Shown in pieces: positions 17,933 through 26,523 of a stretch of 64,000 nucleotides of DNA. Below the pieces are notes generated by a model. That model did not search any database and was not told the DNA's origin. It saw only the letters and a list, made by a program, of their open reading frames with translations. The DNA is from OCS155 cluster bacterium AG-333-G23. Lineage in GTDB: Bacteria > Actinomycetota > Acidimicrobiia > Actinomarinales > Actinomarinaceae. Positions within the stretch are counted from its first letter, which is position 1; each line of letters opens with the position of its first letter. The stretch covers positions 14,836 to 78,835 of the forward strand of contig QBZE01000004.1 in assembly GCA_003282445.1 (NCBI GenBank). The letters run 5' to 3'. A program made the position numbers and the translations under genes.

Positions 17933-18892
17933 GTGGTAAGTAAAGAAGCACAAAAAAGTATTGAAAGATTTAAAAGATTTTCTAATTTAGTAAGCTCACT
18001 TTATAGAAGTCCAAATGAAATAACTAAATGGAGAATATTTTTATTTAGGTGGCTTATAAATTTACAAGGCACATTATCACCAAAGATTAAAAACACTAAT
18101 AAAGAAGTAATTTATCTAGATGGAATTCGTACATTAAAAGTAAGTACTCCAAATTCTAATTCCGAAAGAATAATACTTTATTTTCATGGAGGTGGCTATG
18201 CAATGGGGAGTCCCGAATCTCATTATGGTCTGATAAGTTACTTAGCTGATATTACTAAAACAACTATATTCGTACCAGATTACAGATTAGGACCTGAACA
18301 TAAATATCCTTCTCAATTAGAAGACGGTATGAAATCTTATGAATTTTTAATAAACAATTTAGGTTATGAACCTAATCAGATAGCTTTAAGCGGAGATTCA
18401 GCGGGTGGCAATTTAGCACTTATAACCCTTTTAAATCTTAAAAAAGAAAATAAACCATTACCAAATTCTTTGGCATTGTTATCACCTTGGGCTGATCCTG
18501 CAGGGAAAGGTGAAACTTATAATTTAGAAATGGCAGATAGAGATATCCTTCTAGGACCTATGATGAAAAAAATATGGAATAGTGATGATGAATTATATAA
18601 TTTTTATTTAAAAGATGAAGATGTCGATATGGATAACGAATTAATATTTCCGCTTAAAGGAGATTATACAAATTGTCCACCAATTATGATACAAGTTGGA
18701 ACTGAAGAACTTTTACTCTCTGATTCTCAAATGTTAAAAAAAATACTTGAAAGAGATAATTGCCAACATGAGTATTATGAATGGGAAGGTATGTATCATG
18801 TATTTCATATCGATGTAACAATGCCTGAAACTATTAAAGCATTTAATCAAATATCGAATTTTCTTAACAAAAATTTAAAAGTTCTTACATAA
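17933..18892 (+). CDS. alpha/beta hydrolase, hormone-sensitive-lipase-type esterase
   Basis: Oxyanion HGGGY, nucleophile elbow GDSAGGNLA, triad Asp (EELLLSDS) and His (MYHVFH). GTG start. Confidence 0.85.
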   Translation: MVSKEAQKSIERFKRFSNLVSSLYRSPNEITKWRIFLFRWLINLQGTLSPKIKNTNKEVIYLDGIRTLKVSTPNSNSERIILYFHGGGYAMGSPESHYGLISYLADITKTTIFVPDYRLGPEHKYPSQLEDGMKSYEFLINNLGYEPNQIALSGDSAGGNLALITLLNLKKENKPLPNSLALLSPWADPAGKGETYNLEMADRDILLGPMMKKIWNSDDELYNFYLKDEDVDMDNELIFPLKGDYTNCPPIMIQVGTEELLLSDSQMLKKILERDNCQHEYYEWEGMYHVFHIDVTMPETIKAFNQISNFLNKNLKVLT

Positions 18893-18905
18893 TAAATTTA
18901 ATTCA

Positions 18906-19871
18906 ATGTATGAAACGATAAGTAAAGAAGCAATAAAAGCTAAAAAAAAATATAAACGTGTTGGTTTCGTAATAAGTGCTATTTCTCTAAATCCACTAAA
19001 GATGTCAAAAATAAAAGTTCTAATACAAAGGTTCTATTTATATTTTGTTATTGGTTTATTTTCAAAAAAAGCAAAGGAATCAAAGTTCGAAAAAATAAAC
19101 ATGAATGGAATTAGATCCTGGAAAATTACAACACCTAATTCTGATCCAAATAAAATCTTACTTTATTTTCATGGAGGTGCTTATATCGCAGGAAGTTCAC
19201 GAGCTTATTATCCTATGATATCTCATATTGCTGATGTTTCTAAATTTACTGTATATATGCCAGATTACAGACTTGCTCCAGAGTATTTATATCCAACTCA
19301 ATTAGAAGATGGTGTTAACGCTTATAAATCACTTATTGAAGAGTTTGGATATTCTCATAAACAAATTGCTATTGGTGGAGATTCAGCTGGAGGTAATTTA
19401 GCATTTGTAACAATATTTAAATTAAGAGAAGAAGGCATTGAGCTACCAAAGGCAATATTTTCATTTTCACCCTGGGCTGACCCCGCAGCAACGGGAGATA
19501 CTTATACAATAGAAATATGTGAGAAAGATTTGCTTTTAGGTCCAGTATTTAAAAAAACTTGGACTAAATATAAAGCAGATGCTTATTTAACTTATTACGT
19601 ACCAGATGAAGTTATGAGTGAAAATGATCCATATATTTGTCCAATTAAAGGAAGTTTTAAACATTTTCCACCTACATTAATTCATGTTGGAAGGGATGAA
19701 CTTTTACTTTCTGATTCAAGATCTCTTAAATTTGGCTTAGATAGAGATAATGTAGAACTTGAATATAAAGAATGGGATAATTTATGGCATGTGTTTCAAG
19801 TAGAATCGATAATTCCTGAATCTCAAGAATCATTTAAATTAGTAAGTAAATTCTTAAATACTAATATTTAA
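18906..19871 (+). CDS. alpha/beta hydrolase, hormone-sensitive-lipase-type esterase (tandem paralog)
   Basis: HGGAY, GDSAGGNLA, DELLLSDS, LWHVFQ. Roughly half the residues are identical to the upstream copy over the core (by eye). Confidence 0.85.
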   Translation: MYETISKEAIKAKKKYKRVGFVISAISLNPLKMSKIKVLIQRFYLYFVIGLFSKKAKESKFEKINMNGIRSWKITTPNSDPNKILLYFHGGAYIAGSSRAYYPMISHIADVSKFTVYMPDYRLAPEYLYPTQLEDGVNAYKSLIEEFGYSHKQIAIGGDSAGGNLAFVTIFKLREEGIELPKAIFSFSPWADPAATGDTYTIEICEKDLLLGPVFKKTWTKYKADAYLTYYVPDEVMSENDPYICPIKGSFKHFPPTLIHVGRDELLLSDSRSLKFGLDRDNVELEYKEWDNLWHVFQVESIIPESQESFKLVSKFLNTNI

Positions 19872-20617
19872 GAAGTCAGAATTCTTATTGAAAGAATTAT
19901 AGAAATAAATACTATTACTGGTCGTACAAACTTTTCACCATTTATGATTGCTAATTTTGATCCTATGTAAGCACCAATAATTTGTGCTACAGCCATAATT
20001 AAAGCTAATTCAATAATTACGTAACCTTTATATTGAAAAATCAAAAAAGATGCAAAATTAGAAGTTAAATTAAGTACTTTTGTCGCAGCTGTAGCTTCCA
20101 TTAAATTACGTTTTTTTATAATTAAAAATGTCAGTACAAAGAACGTTCCAGTTCCTGGACCAAAAAAACCGTCATAAAAACCAATAATTAAAATTAATGG
20201 TGCAAAAGCTAATATAAGAGATTTTGAAACATCTAATTGATTATTTTTATTTAGAATTAAAAAAATTGCTGCTGCTATTAATAAAATTGGTATCAACTTA
20301 GTAAGTAGATCATTTGATAACTGACTTACTAATAATGTTCCTACTAAAGACCCTATAAAAGATAATGTAATTAAATATTTTATATTTTCTTCTTTTAAGA
20401 GACCATTTTTAAAATAGTTATAAGAAGAAGTCGCTGTACCAAAACATGATTGTAATTTATTTGTACCAAGAGTAACTAGCGGATTTAAACCTATAAGAAG
20501 CATAGTTGGAACAACTAACAAACCACCTCCACCAGCAATAGCATCTATTGCTGACGCAACTAATGCAACAAAAAACAAAATTATATAAACAGTTACATCA
20601 TCATATATAAGATTCAT
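19868..20617 (-). CDS. TauE/SafE (DUF81) family anion exporter
   Basis: About 8 TM helices with Gly-rich internally repeated halves (AIAGGGGLLVVP...; GFFGPGTGTFFV). Confidence 0.75.
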   Translation of the reverse strand: MNLIYDDVTVYIILFFVALVASAIDAIAGGGGLLVVPTMLLIGLNPLVTLGTNKLQSCFGTATSSYNYFKNGLLKEENIKYLITLSFIGSLVGTLLVSQLSNDLLTKLIPILLIAAAIFLILNKNNQLDVSKSLILAFAPLILIIGFYDGFFGPGTGTFFVLTFLIIKKRNLMEATAATKVLNLTSNFASFLIFQYKGYVIIELALIMAVAQIIGAYIGSKLAIINGEKFVRPVIVFISIILSIRILTS

Positions 20618-20678
20618 TTGATAAAATTACTTACAGTTATTTTCATGGTTATTTGATAATAATTGTATATTAATAAAA

Positions 20679-20939
20679 ATGATACAAGTAGTAATAGCAA
20701 GATCGATACAAGGAATTTTATCTGGAATAGGTATAGGTACTATATTCTTCTGTTATCCCATAGTTAAACATCTTGTATCAGAAAAATATAGAATTAAGTT
20801 TAAAATTGAAGAATTCGGAAAAGAATTATTTACCTACGAAACATTAAAATATTTAAAAATTGGATTAATGTATGGATTTTTATATGGCTTTATAGTGGGA
20901 ACAGTTATAGGCCCATTTGGTGCAGTTAACGGACTTTAG
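20679..20939 (+). CDS. small membrane protein, unknown function
   Basis: 86-aa ORF with N- and C-terminal Gly-rich hydrophobic helices. Its stop overlaps the next start (TAGTG). Confidence 0.5.
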   Translation: MIQVVIARSIQGILSGIGIGTIFFCYPIVKHLVSEKYRIKFKIEEFGKELFTYETLKYLKIGLMYGFLYGFIVGTVIGPFGAVNGL

Positions 20940-21469
20940 TGTCATACAAACCACCAAAATATATATATTTTTATTTATTATTTATATTTCTAGTATTTAC
21001 ACTTTCAATATTTTCAAATCAAACATTAAAAGAAAGAAACCTCGGTATTTACAATATAAATGAATCATCACAATCAAGATTAGATTTAAATATAAAAAAC
21101 GTTTCAGAATTAAAAATAGAGATTATTGATATTTACCAAACAAATAATCAATCACTATGTAAATCTGGAGAAATATTTATTTATGGAACGCTTAGGAATA
21201 GAGTGAATAATGACATAGTTAGAATTAGATTACAAAACATTAAAGTAACAAATCAACTTAAAATAATTTCAAAATCAACTTCTATAGAACCAACAAGAAA
21301 TTATCAGCAAAGCCCAGTAGTTATAGTTTCAGAAAACTTTGACTGTGTTAATGAAGTTATTACTTTAATATTTGAAGAAAAAATTAATATATCGTATGTT
21401 CTTATTAGGACATCAAAGAACTATGAAACTTATAATCAGATAAAATCAATTAATATTAAAGCTTATTAA
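20939..21469 (+). CDS. hypothetical signal-anchored protein, unknown function
   Basis: 176-aa ORF with N-terminal TM (YIYFYLLFIFLVFTLSIF) and two Cys in the ectodomain. GTG start coupled to the upstream ORF. Confidence 0.55.
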   Translation: MSYKPPKYIYFYLLFIFLVFTLSIFSNQTLKERNLGIYNINESSQSRLDLNIKNVSELKIEIIDIYQTNNQSLCKSGEIFIYGTLRNRVNNDIVRIRLQNIKVTNQLKIISKSTSIEPTRNYQQSPVVIVSENFDCVNEVITLIFEEKINISYVLIRTSKNYETYNQIKSINIKAY

Positions 21470-21493
21470 AAACGAATAACTTAAAATAAAATC

Positions 21494-22930
21494 ATGGAAT
21501 ATTTTGGAGCCATAGATCAAGGTACAACAAGTTCACGATTTATAGTATTTGATAATAAAGGAAATATTGTTGAACAACATCAAGAAGAATTTACTCAATA
21601 TTTTCCTGATGAATATTCAGTTGAACACAATCCAGAAGAAATATGGATAAGCGTAGTTAATTGTATTAACGAAGTATTAAAAAAAATAAATATAAATGAT
21701 ATTAAATCTATAGGCATTTCGAACCAAAGAGAAACAACTGTTGCCTGGTCCAAATCAACAGGTAAACCATTATTTAATGCAATAGTGTGGCAAGATACAA
21801 GAACACAATCAATATGTGACGATATATCCAATAACAAAAATGTTAAGGAAGATATTAAAAGAACAGGTTTACCTATCGCAACTTACTTTTCACTTTCGAA
21901 AATACTTTGGCTTATCGATAATGTATCAGAAGTACAGAGTTCACTAGAAAAGGATGATTTAATTTTTGGAACAGTTGACTCTTGGCTAATTTATAAATTA
22001 AATGGTACTTTTCAAACTGATGTAACTAACGCAAGTAGAACTTTATTATTTGATTTAGATAGTTTGAATTGGAATGATAATTTATTAAATGAATTTAATA
22101 TTCCTACTAATTCTCTTCCTATAATTAAGCCTTCTCTTCATAATTATGGAGAATGCAAAAGTATTTTAGAAGGAATACCAATAACAGCTGTATTAGGAGA
22201 TCAACAAGCATCCTTATTTGGTCAACACTGTTTTAATAAAGGAGAAGTTAAAAATACATATGGAACAGGTTGTTTTGCTTTAACTAATACAGGTGATGAT
22301 ATTATTTATTCAAATAATGGTTTACTTACAACTGTTGCATATAAATATGGTGAAAGAAATGTTAAATATGCATTAGAAGGATCAGTTGCCATAGCTGGTG
22401 CTGCAGTACAATGGTTAAGAGACAATCTCAATCTTATAGAAACAAGTGAACAAATAGAGTCTTGTGCTCTTGAAGATAAAAACAACGGTGGAGTATATTT
22501 TGTTCCCGCTTTCTCAGGTTTGTTTTCACCGCATTGGGATGAAACTGCCAGGGGAGTACTTGCTATCTCACAAGTGATAAAAGATCTTGATGACCCACTA
22601 TTAATAATTGGTTATGCACTAGGATTTGCTGCAGGAACTATTTCAGGATCTTATATAGAATCATCAATAGCTATTGGAGACGTAGTAGTAAGAATATTTT
22701 TACAAAAAGGTAAAAATAGTGATTCACTTACAAAGGAATTAAGATCAAATGGATTTGGAGTAACAGTTCTAAATGGTGAAGGAATGGAAGGCGAAGTTAG
22801 TATAGCTTGGTGTGTTACACCAAGAAAACAAGTAAAAAAAGTACTCAGTATTGTATCAGAAATAAGTCCAAACGCATACGTGACTACTGAAGCTACAAGC
22901 CCTACTTATTTGACAGATAACAAGAAATAG
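21494..22930 (+). CDS. glpK: chimeric ORF: glycerol kinase residues 1 to ~356 fused in frame to the C-terminal half of a UPF0316/DUF2179 membrane protein
   Basis: GlpK hallmarks (AIDQGTTSSRF, NQRETTVAW, AIVWQDTRT, GDQQASLFGQ, TYGTGCF, FSGLFSPHWDETARGV) stop where GLTRG should follow. From ~22560 the sequence matches the last TM plus DUF2179 of UPF0316 proteins (LIIGYALGFAAGTISGSYIESSIAIG...LRSNGFGVTVLNGEGMEG...ISPNAYVT). Confidence 0.75.
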   Translation: MEYFGAIDQGTTSSRFIVFDNKGNIVEQHQEEFTQYFPDEYSVEHNPEEIWISVVNCINEVLKKININDIKSIGISNQRETTVAWSKSTGKPLFNAIVWQDTRTQSICDDISNNKNVKEDIKRTGLPIATYFSLSKILWLIDNVSEVQSSLEKDDLIFGTVDSWLIYKLNGTFQTDVTNASRTLLFDLDSLNWNDNLLNEFNIPTNSLPIIKPSLHNYGECKSILEGIPITAVLGDQQASLFGQHCFNKGEVKNTYGTGCFALTNTGDDIIYSNNGLLTTVAYKYGERNVKYALEGSVAIAGAAVQWLRDNLNLIETSEQIESCALEDKNNGGVYFVPAFSGLFSPHWDETARGVLAISQVIKDLDDPLLIIGYALGFAAGTISGSYIESSIAIGDVVVRIFLQKGKNSDSLTKELRSNGFGVTVLNGEGMEGEVSIAWCVTPRKQVKKVLSIVSEISPNAYVTTEATSPTYLTDNKK

Positions 22931-25249
22931 TTAAATTCCTTTTTCGAATTCATCCTCAAAGGATACTCTTTTTCTTTTAGCATTATCATTTCTATTTCCA
23001 GATTCTCTTCGTCCTCTGCTTGAATTTCCTCTGTCAGAACGATCATTTCTTCTAGGTTTTGAGTCTCTATTTCCTCTATTTGAACCACCAGTATCAACTG
23101 ATTCTTCCGGTATATCTAGATCTTCAAGAAGTGACAAACTTACTTTTCCATTTTCTATTGAATCAACATGAACTTTTAATTTATCACCTACATTGACAAC
23201 ATTTTCTGGATTCTTAACCCTTTTTTCAGAGTGAAATTTAGAAATATGCAGTAATCCATCTCTTCCTGGCAAAATATTAATAAAAGCTCCATATGTTGCT
23301 ACGCTTACAACCTCACCATCGTAATCCGTGTCTACTTCAACTTCAGGTGGATCAATTATCAACATAACCATTTCTTTTGCTTCTGCTAATGAGTCCTCTT
23401 CGGTAGAACCTAATGTAAGTATTCCTTCATCATCAATTTCTACACTTACGCCAGTTTCTTCTTCAATTTTTCTAATATTTTTACCTTTAGGTCCAATTAC
23501 CTCACCAATTTTATCTTTTGGTAACTCAACTGTTTCTAACCTAGGCGCATTACCTGACAAGCTTTCAGCTGGTTCAGAGATTGCATCTTCCATAATATCT
23601 AATATGTGATGCCTTGCGTCCATCGCTTGATTTAATGCTTTTCTTAAAACATCAGAAGGTAAACCTTCAATTTTCATATCCAATTGAAGTGCTGTAATCA
23701 TATTCCTAGTTCCAGCAACTTTAAAATCCATATCACCGAGAGCATCTTCTGCTCCTAATATGTCTGTTAAAGTAACGTAATTGTCATCTTTTGAAATTAA
23801 TCCCATAGCAATTCCAGCAACATGTTCTTTTATAGGTACACCTGCAGCCATCAAAGATAAGCTTGATGCACACACAGAAGCTTGAGATGTTGATCCATTA
23901 GATGATATAGCTTCACTTACTACTCTGATAGTATAAGGAAAATCTATCTTAGTAGGTATTACAGGGACTAATGCTTTTTCTGCTAAAGCACCATGTCCAA
24001 TTTCTCTCCTCTTTGGCCCTCTCATCATATATGCTTCACCTGTTGAGTATGGTGGAAAGTTATAATGGTGCATATACCTTTTAGAAGTGACAGTATCTAT
24101 CGTATCTAACATTTGCTCTAAACGTCCCATACCTAAAGTTGTCACATTTAAAACTTGTGTTTCTCCTCTAAGAAATAAAGATGAGCCATGAACTGTTGGT
24201 AATAAATCAATTTCAGCAGAAATATTTCTAATATCAGTTGGAGTCCTTCCGTCTAACCTTGCTCCGCCAGAGATCACTCTATCCCTAACAACATTTTTAA
24301 CAATTGATTTAAAGGCTAACTTTATTGCTTTTGAGTTATCTTCATCTTCATTTAAATATTTTTCTACTGCAGATTCTTCTAATTCTGACTGCTTAGTACT
24401 TCTCTCTTTTCTATCAGTTATTGAAGTAATAGTTTCTATATCAGATTTAAATGCTTCCTCTAATTCAGACAATAATTCTGGTGTATAGTCTTCAATCAGA
24501 GGCCAGTCTACATCTGGTATTTCATTTTGTGATACTAATTCTGCTTGTGCTTTAATTAACTCAGATATATATTCTTTTGATTTATCAATACCATCAGCAA
24601 CAATGTCTTCTGTTGGTGTAGTGCTTCCAGATTCTATTTTATCAAAAGCAGTTTCTGTTGCTCCTGCTTCTACCATTACGATATCTACATCATTATTTTC
24701 GTTTAAATTACCAGCAACAACCATGTCAAATACTGATTCTTCCATTTCTGAGTTTGATGCTTGTACAACCCAGTCGTCATTTATTAATGACATTCTTACT
24801 GCTCCAATTGGTGAATCTAGTGGCACACCAGCAAGCTGTAAGCCTAGTGATGCAGCATTTAATGCAAGAACATCATATTCATTTTCATTGTCAACACTTA
24901 AAACTGTTGCAATAATTTGTGTTTCACATCTAAACCCATCATTAAAAGACGGCCTAAGGGGTCTATCAATTAATCTGCAAGCTAAAATAGCTTTTTCAGT
25001 TTGTCTTCCTTCTCTTCTAAAAAATCCACCAGGAATTTTACCTGCTGAATACATTCTCTCTTCTACGTCTACTGTTAACGGGAAAAAATCTATTCCTTCT
25101 CTTACAGTTTCATTTGCAACGGTTGTAACTAATACATTTGTTTCTCCAGAAGTTACTACAACAGCACCGGGAGCTTGTAAAGCTAATTTACCAGTTTCAA
25201 ATTTAATTTCTTTTTCGCCAATTTTACATGTAACATTTGTTACGGACAT
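22931..25249 (-). CDS. pnp: polyribonucleotide nucleotidyltransferase (PNPase) with basic C-terminal tail
   Basis: Two RNase PH domains, KH (IGPKGKNIRKIEEETG), S1 (GEVVSVATYGAFINI), then a roughly 55-60 aa Arg/Asn/Ser/Gly-rich tail. Confidence 0.97.
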   Translation of the reverse strand: MSVTNVTCKIGEKEIKFETGKLALQAPGAVVVTSGETNVLVTTVANETVREGIDFFPLTVDVEERMYSAGKIPGGFFRREGRQTEKAILACRLIDRPLRPSFNDGFRCETQIIATVLSVDNENEYDVLALNAASLGLQLAGVPLDSPIGAVRMSLINDDWVVQASNSEMEESVFDMVVAGNLNENNDVDIVMVEAGATETAFDKIESGSTTPTEDIVADGIDKSKEYISELIKAQAELVSQNEIPDVDWPLIEDYTPELLSELEEAFKSDIETITSITDRKERSTKQSELEESAVEKYLNEDEDNSKAIKLAFKSIVKNVVRDRVISGGARLDGRTPTDIRNISAEIDLLPTVHGSSLFLRGETQVLNVTTLGMGRLEQMLDTIDTVTSKRYMHHYNFPPYSTGEAYMMRGPKRREIGHGALAEKALVPVIPTKIDFPYTIRVVSEAISSNGSTSQASVCASSLSLMAAGVPIKEHVAGIAMGLISKDDNYVTLTDILGAEDALGDMDFKVAGTRNMITALQLDMKIEGLPSDVLRKALNQAMDARHHILDIMEDAISEPAESLSGNAPRLETVELPKDKIGEVIGPKGKNIRKIEEETGVSVEIDDEGILTLGSTEEDSLAEAKEMVMLIIDPPEVEVDTDYDGEVVSVATYGAFINILPGRDGLLHISKFHSEKRVKNPENVVNVGDKLKVHVDSIENGKVSLSLLEDLDIPEESVDTGGSNRGNRDSKPRRNDRSDRGNSSRGRRESGNRNDNAKRKRVSFEDEFEKGI

Positions 25250-25267
25250 ATATCCTCTTTTCTAGAC

Positions 25268-25317
25268 AGAGGTTATTAATTGTCAGCCTTCTTTAAAAGC
25301 TCCCAATTAATAACTCT
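25268..25317 (-). promoter_or_regulatory. long hairpin in the rpsO-pnp intergenic region (candidate RNase III / pnp autoregulation site)
   Basis: The inverted repeat, written as the + strand, is AGAGGTTATTAATTG (25268..25282) / CAATTAATAACTCT (25304..25317). It gives 14 bp with one bulge and a 21-nt loop. There is no U-tract after it. Confidence 0.55.
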
Positions 25318-25329
25318 ATGTCTTATTTT

Positions 25330-25587
25330 CTATCTTCTTATACCAAGTTTATCAATTAATTCACGATATCTGTTTATATCTTGATTTTGTAAATACTCAA
25401 GTAATCTTTTCCTTTTACCTACGAGCATTAAAAGTCCTCTTCTAGTGTGGTGATCTTTCTTGTGATCTTTAAGATGTTCAGTTAAGTGATTTATTCTTTC
25501 ACTCATTAAAGCAACTTGTACCTCAGTAGAACCAGTATCTGTATCAGACTTACCGTATTCTTTAATTATGTCTTGCTTAGTATTCAT
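25330..25587 (-). CDS. rpsO: 30S ribosomal protein S15
   Basis: [35 protein letters not shown]. Confidence 0.97.
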   Translation of the reverse strand: MNTKQDIIKEYGKSDTDTGSTEVQVALMSERINHLTEHLKDHKKDHHTRRGLLMLVGKRKRLLEYLQNQDINRYRELIDKLGIRR

Positions 25588-25629
25588 TCGAAATAATAAT
25601 AGTAGTCGTTATATCTAAAGTGAAGAATA

Positions 25630-26523
25630 TTACTTATTCTTTAATTTAGATATATCAATGTTTATTTGTTTAACTAACTCTTCAGGAGAACTAAATTTAA
25701 TTTCATCTCTTATAAATTGATTTATATGAATAACTAGATTTTCACCATAAATATTTTTGTTAAAATCAAATATATGAGTTTCAATTTTTATTTTTTTAGT
25801 ATCTGAAACCGTCGGTGTTATACCAATATTTAATATTCCTTCATAAAGTTTTTTATCTATTTTGCAGGCTATACCATAAACCCCAAATTTGGGTAAATAT
25901 AAATCATAATCTAGTTTTATATTTGCTGTAGGAAAACCAAGTTGTGAACCCATCCTTAAACCTTCTACTACTTTTCCAACTAATTCATACTTTCTTCCAA
26001 GAAATTTATTAGCTTGTTTAATATTTCCATTATCTAAATATTTTCTAATTTTTGTAGATGATACTTTTTCATTTTCTATTAAGTAATCTTCAAGTAAAAT
26101 TACATTATCTTCACCGAAATAATTTATTATATTATTAACATCTCCTGTTCTATTTTTTCCAAATTTGAAGTCTTTACCGACAACAATTTTATTTGTATTC
26201 AAATTTCTATTTAAAAATTCTAAAAATTCATCTGATGAAAGTTCATTGATTTCGTCAAATTTTAAATAAATAAGATTAGTTGGTTTATATTCGTCAAAAA
26301 TACTATTTCTTTTATCATTACCAAGTAATGGTTTTAGATTATTATCAAAATAAATTTTTGGAATTTCATTAAATGTTACGATTTGAAAATTATTATCTAT
26401 TTCTTTGGTTTTTTTAATTAATTCTATGTGTCCTCTATGCAGTCCATCAAAAGCACCTATACATGTGACATTTATTTTGCTTTCTATAACTTCATCTTTT
26501 TTAAAATCTTGATAAGTTTTCAT
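25630..26523 (-). CDS. ribF: bifunctional riboflavin kinase / FAD synthetase
   Basis: GAFDGLHRGH N-domain. C-terminal riboflavin kinase (LGFPTANI, ETHIFDF). Confidence 0.92.
   Translation of the reverse strand: MKTYQDFKKDEVIESKINVTCIGAFDGLHRGHIELIKKTKEIDNNFQIVTFNEIPKIYFDNNLKPLLGNDKRNSIFDEYKPTNLIYLKFDEINELSSDEFLEFLNRNLNTNKIVVGKDFKFGKNRTGDVNNIINYFGEDNVILLEDYLIENEKVSSTKIRKYLDNGNIKQANKFLGRKYELVGKVVEGLRMGSQLGFPTANIKLDYDLYLPKFGVYGIACKIDKKLYEGILNIGITPTVSDTKKIKIETHIFDFNKNIYGENLVIHINQFIRDEIKFSSPEELVKQINIDISKLKNK

Noticed and set aside
22563-22575. Similarity between the glpK/UPF0316 junction (CTATCTCACAAGT) and the 3' end of tRNA-Val (GTATCTCCCACAAAT), as a possible att site bounding an island.
   Set aside because: Only about 6+4 matching bases interrupted by an indel. 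This is indistinguishable from chance, and there is no integrase in the interval.
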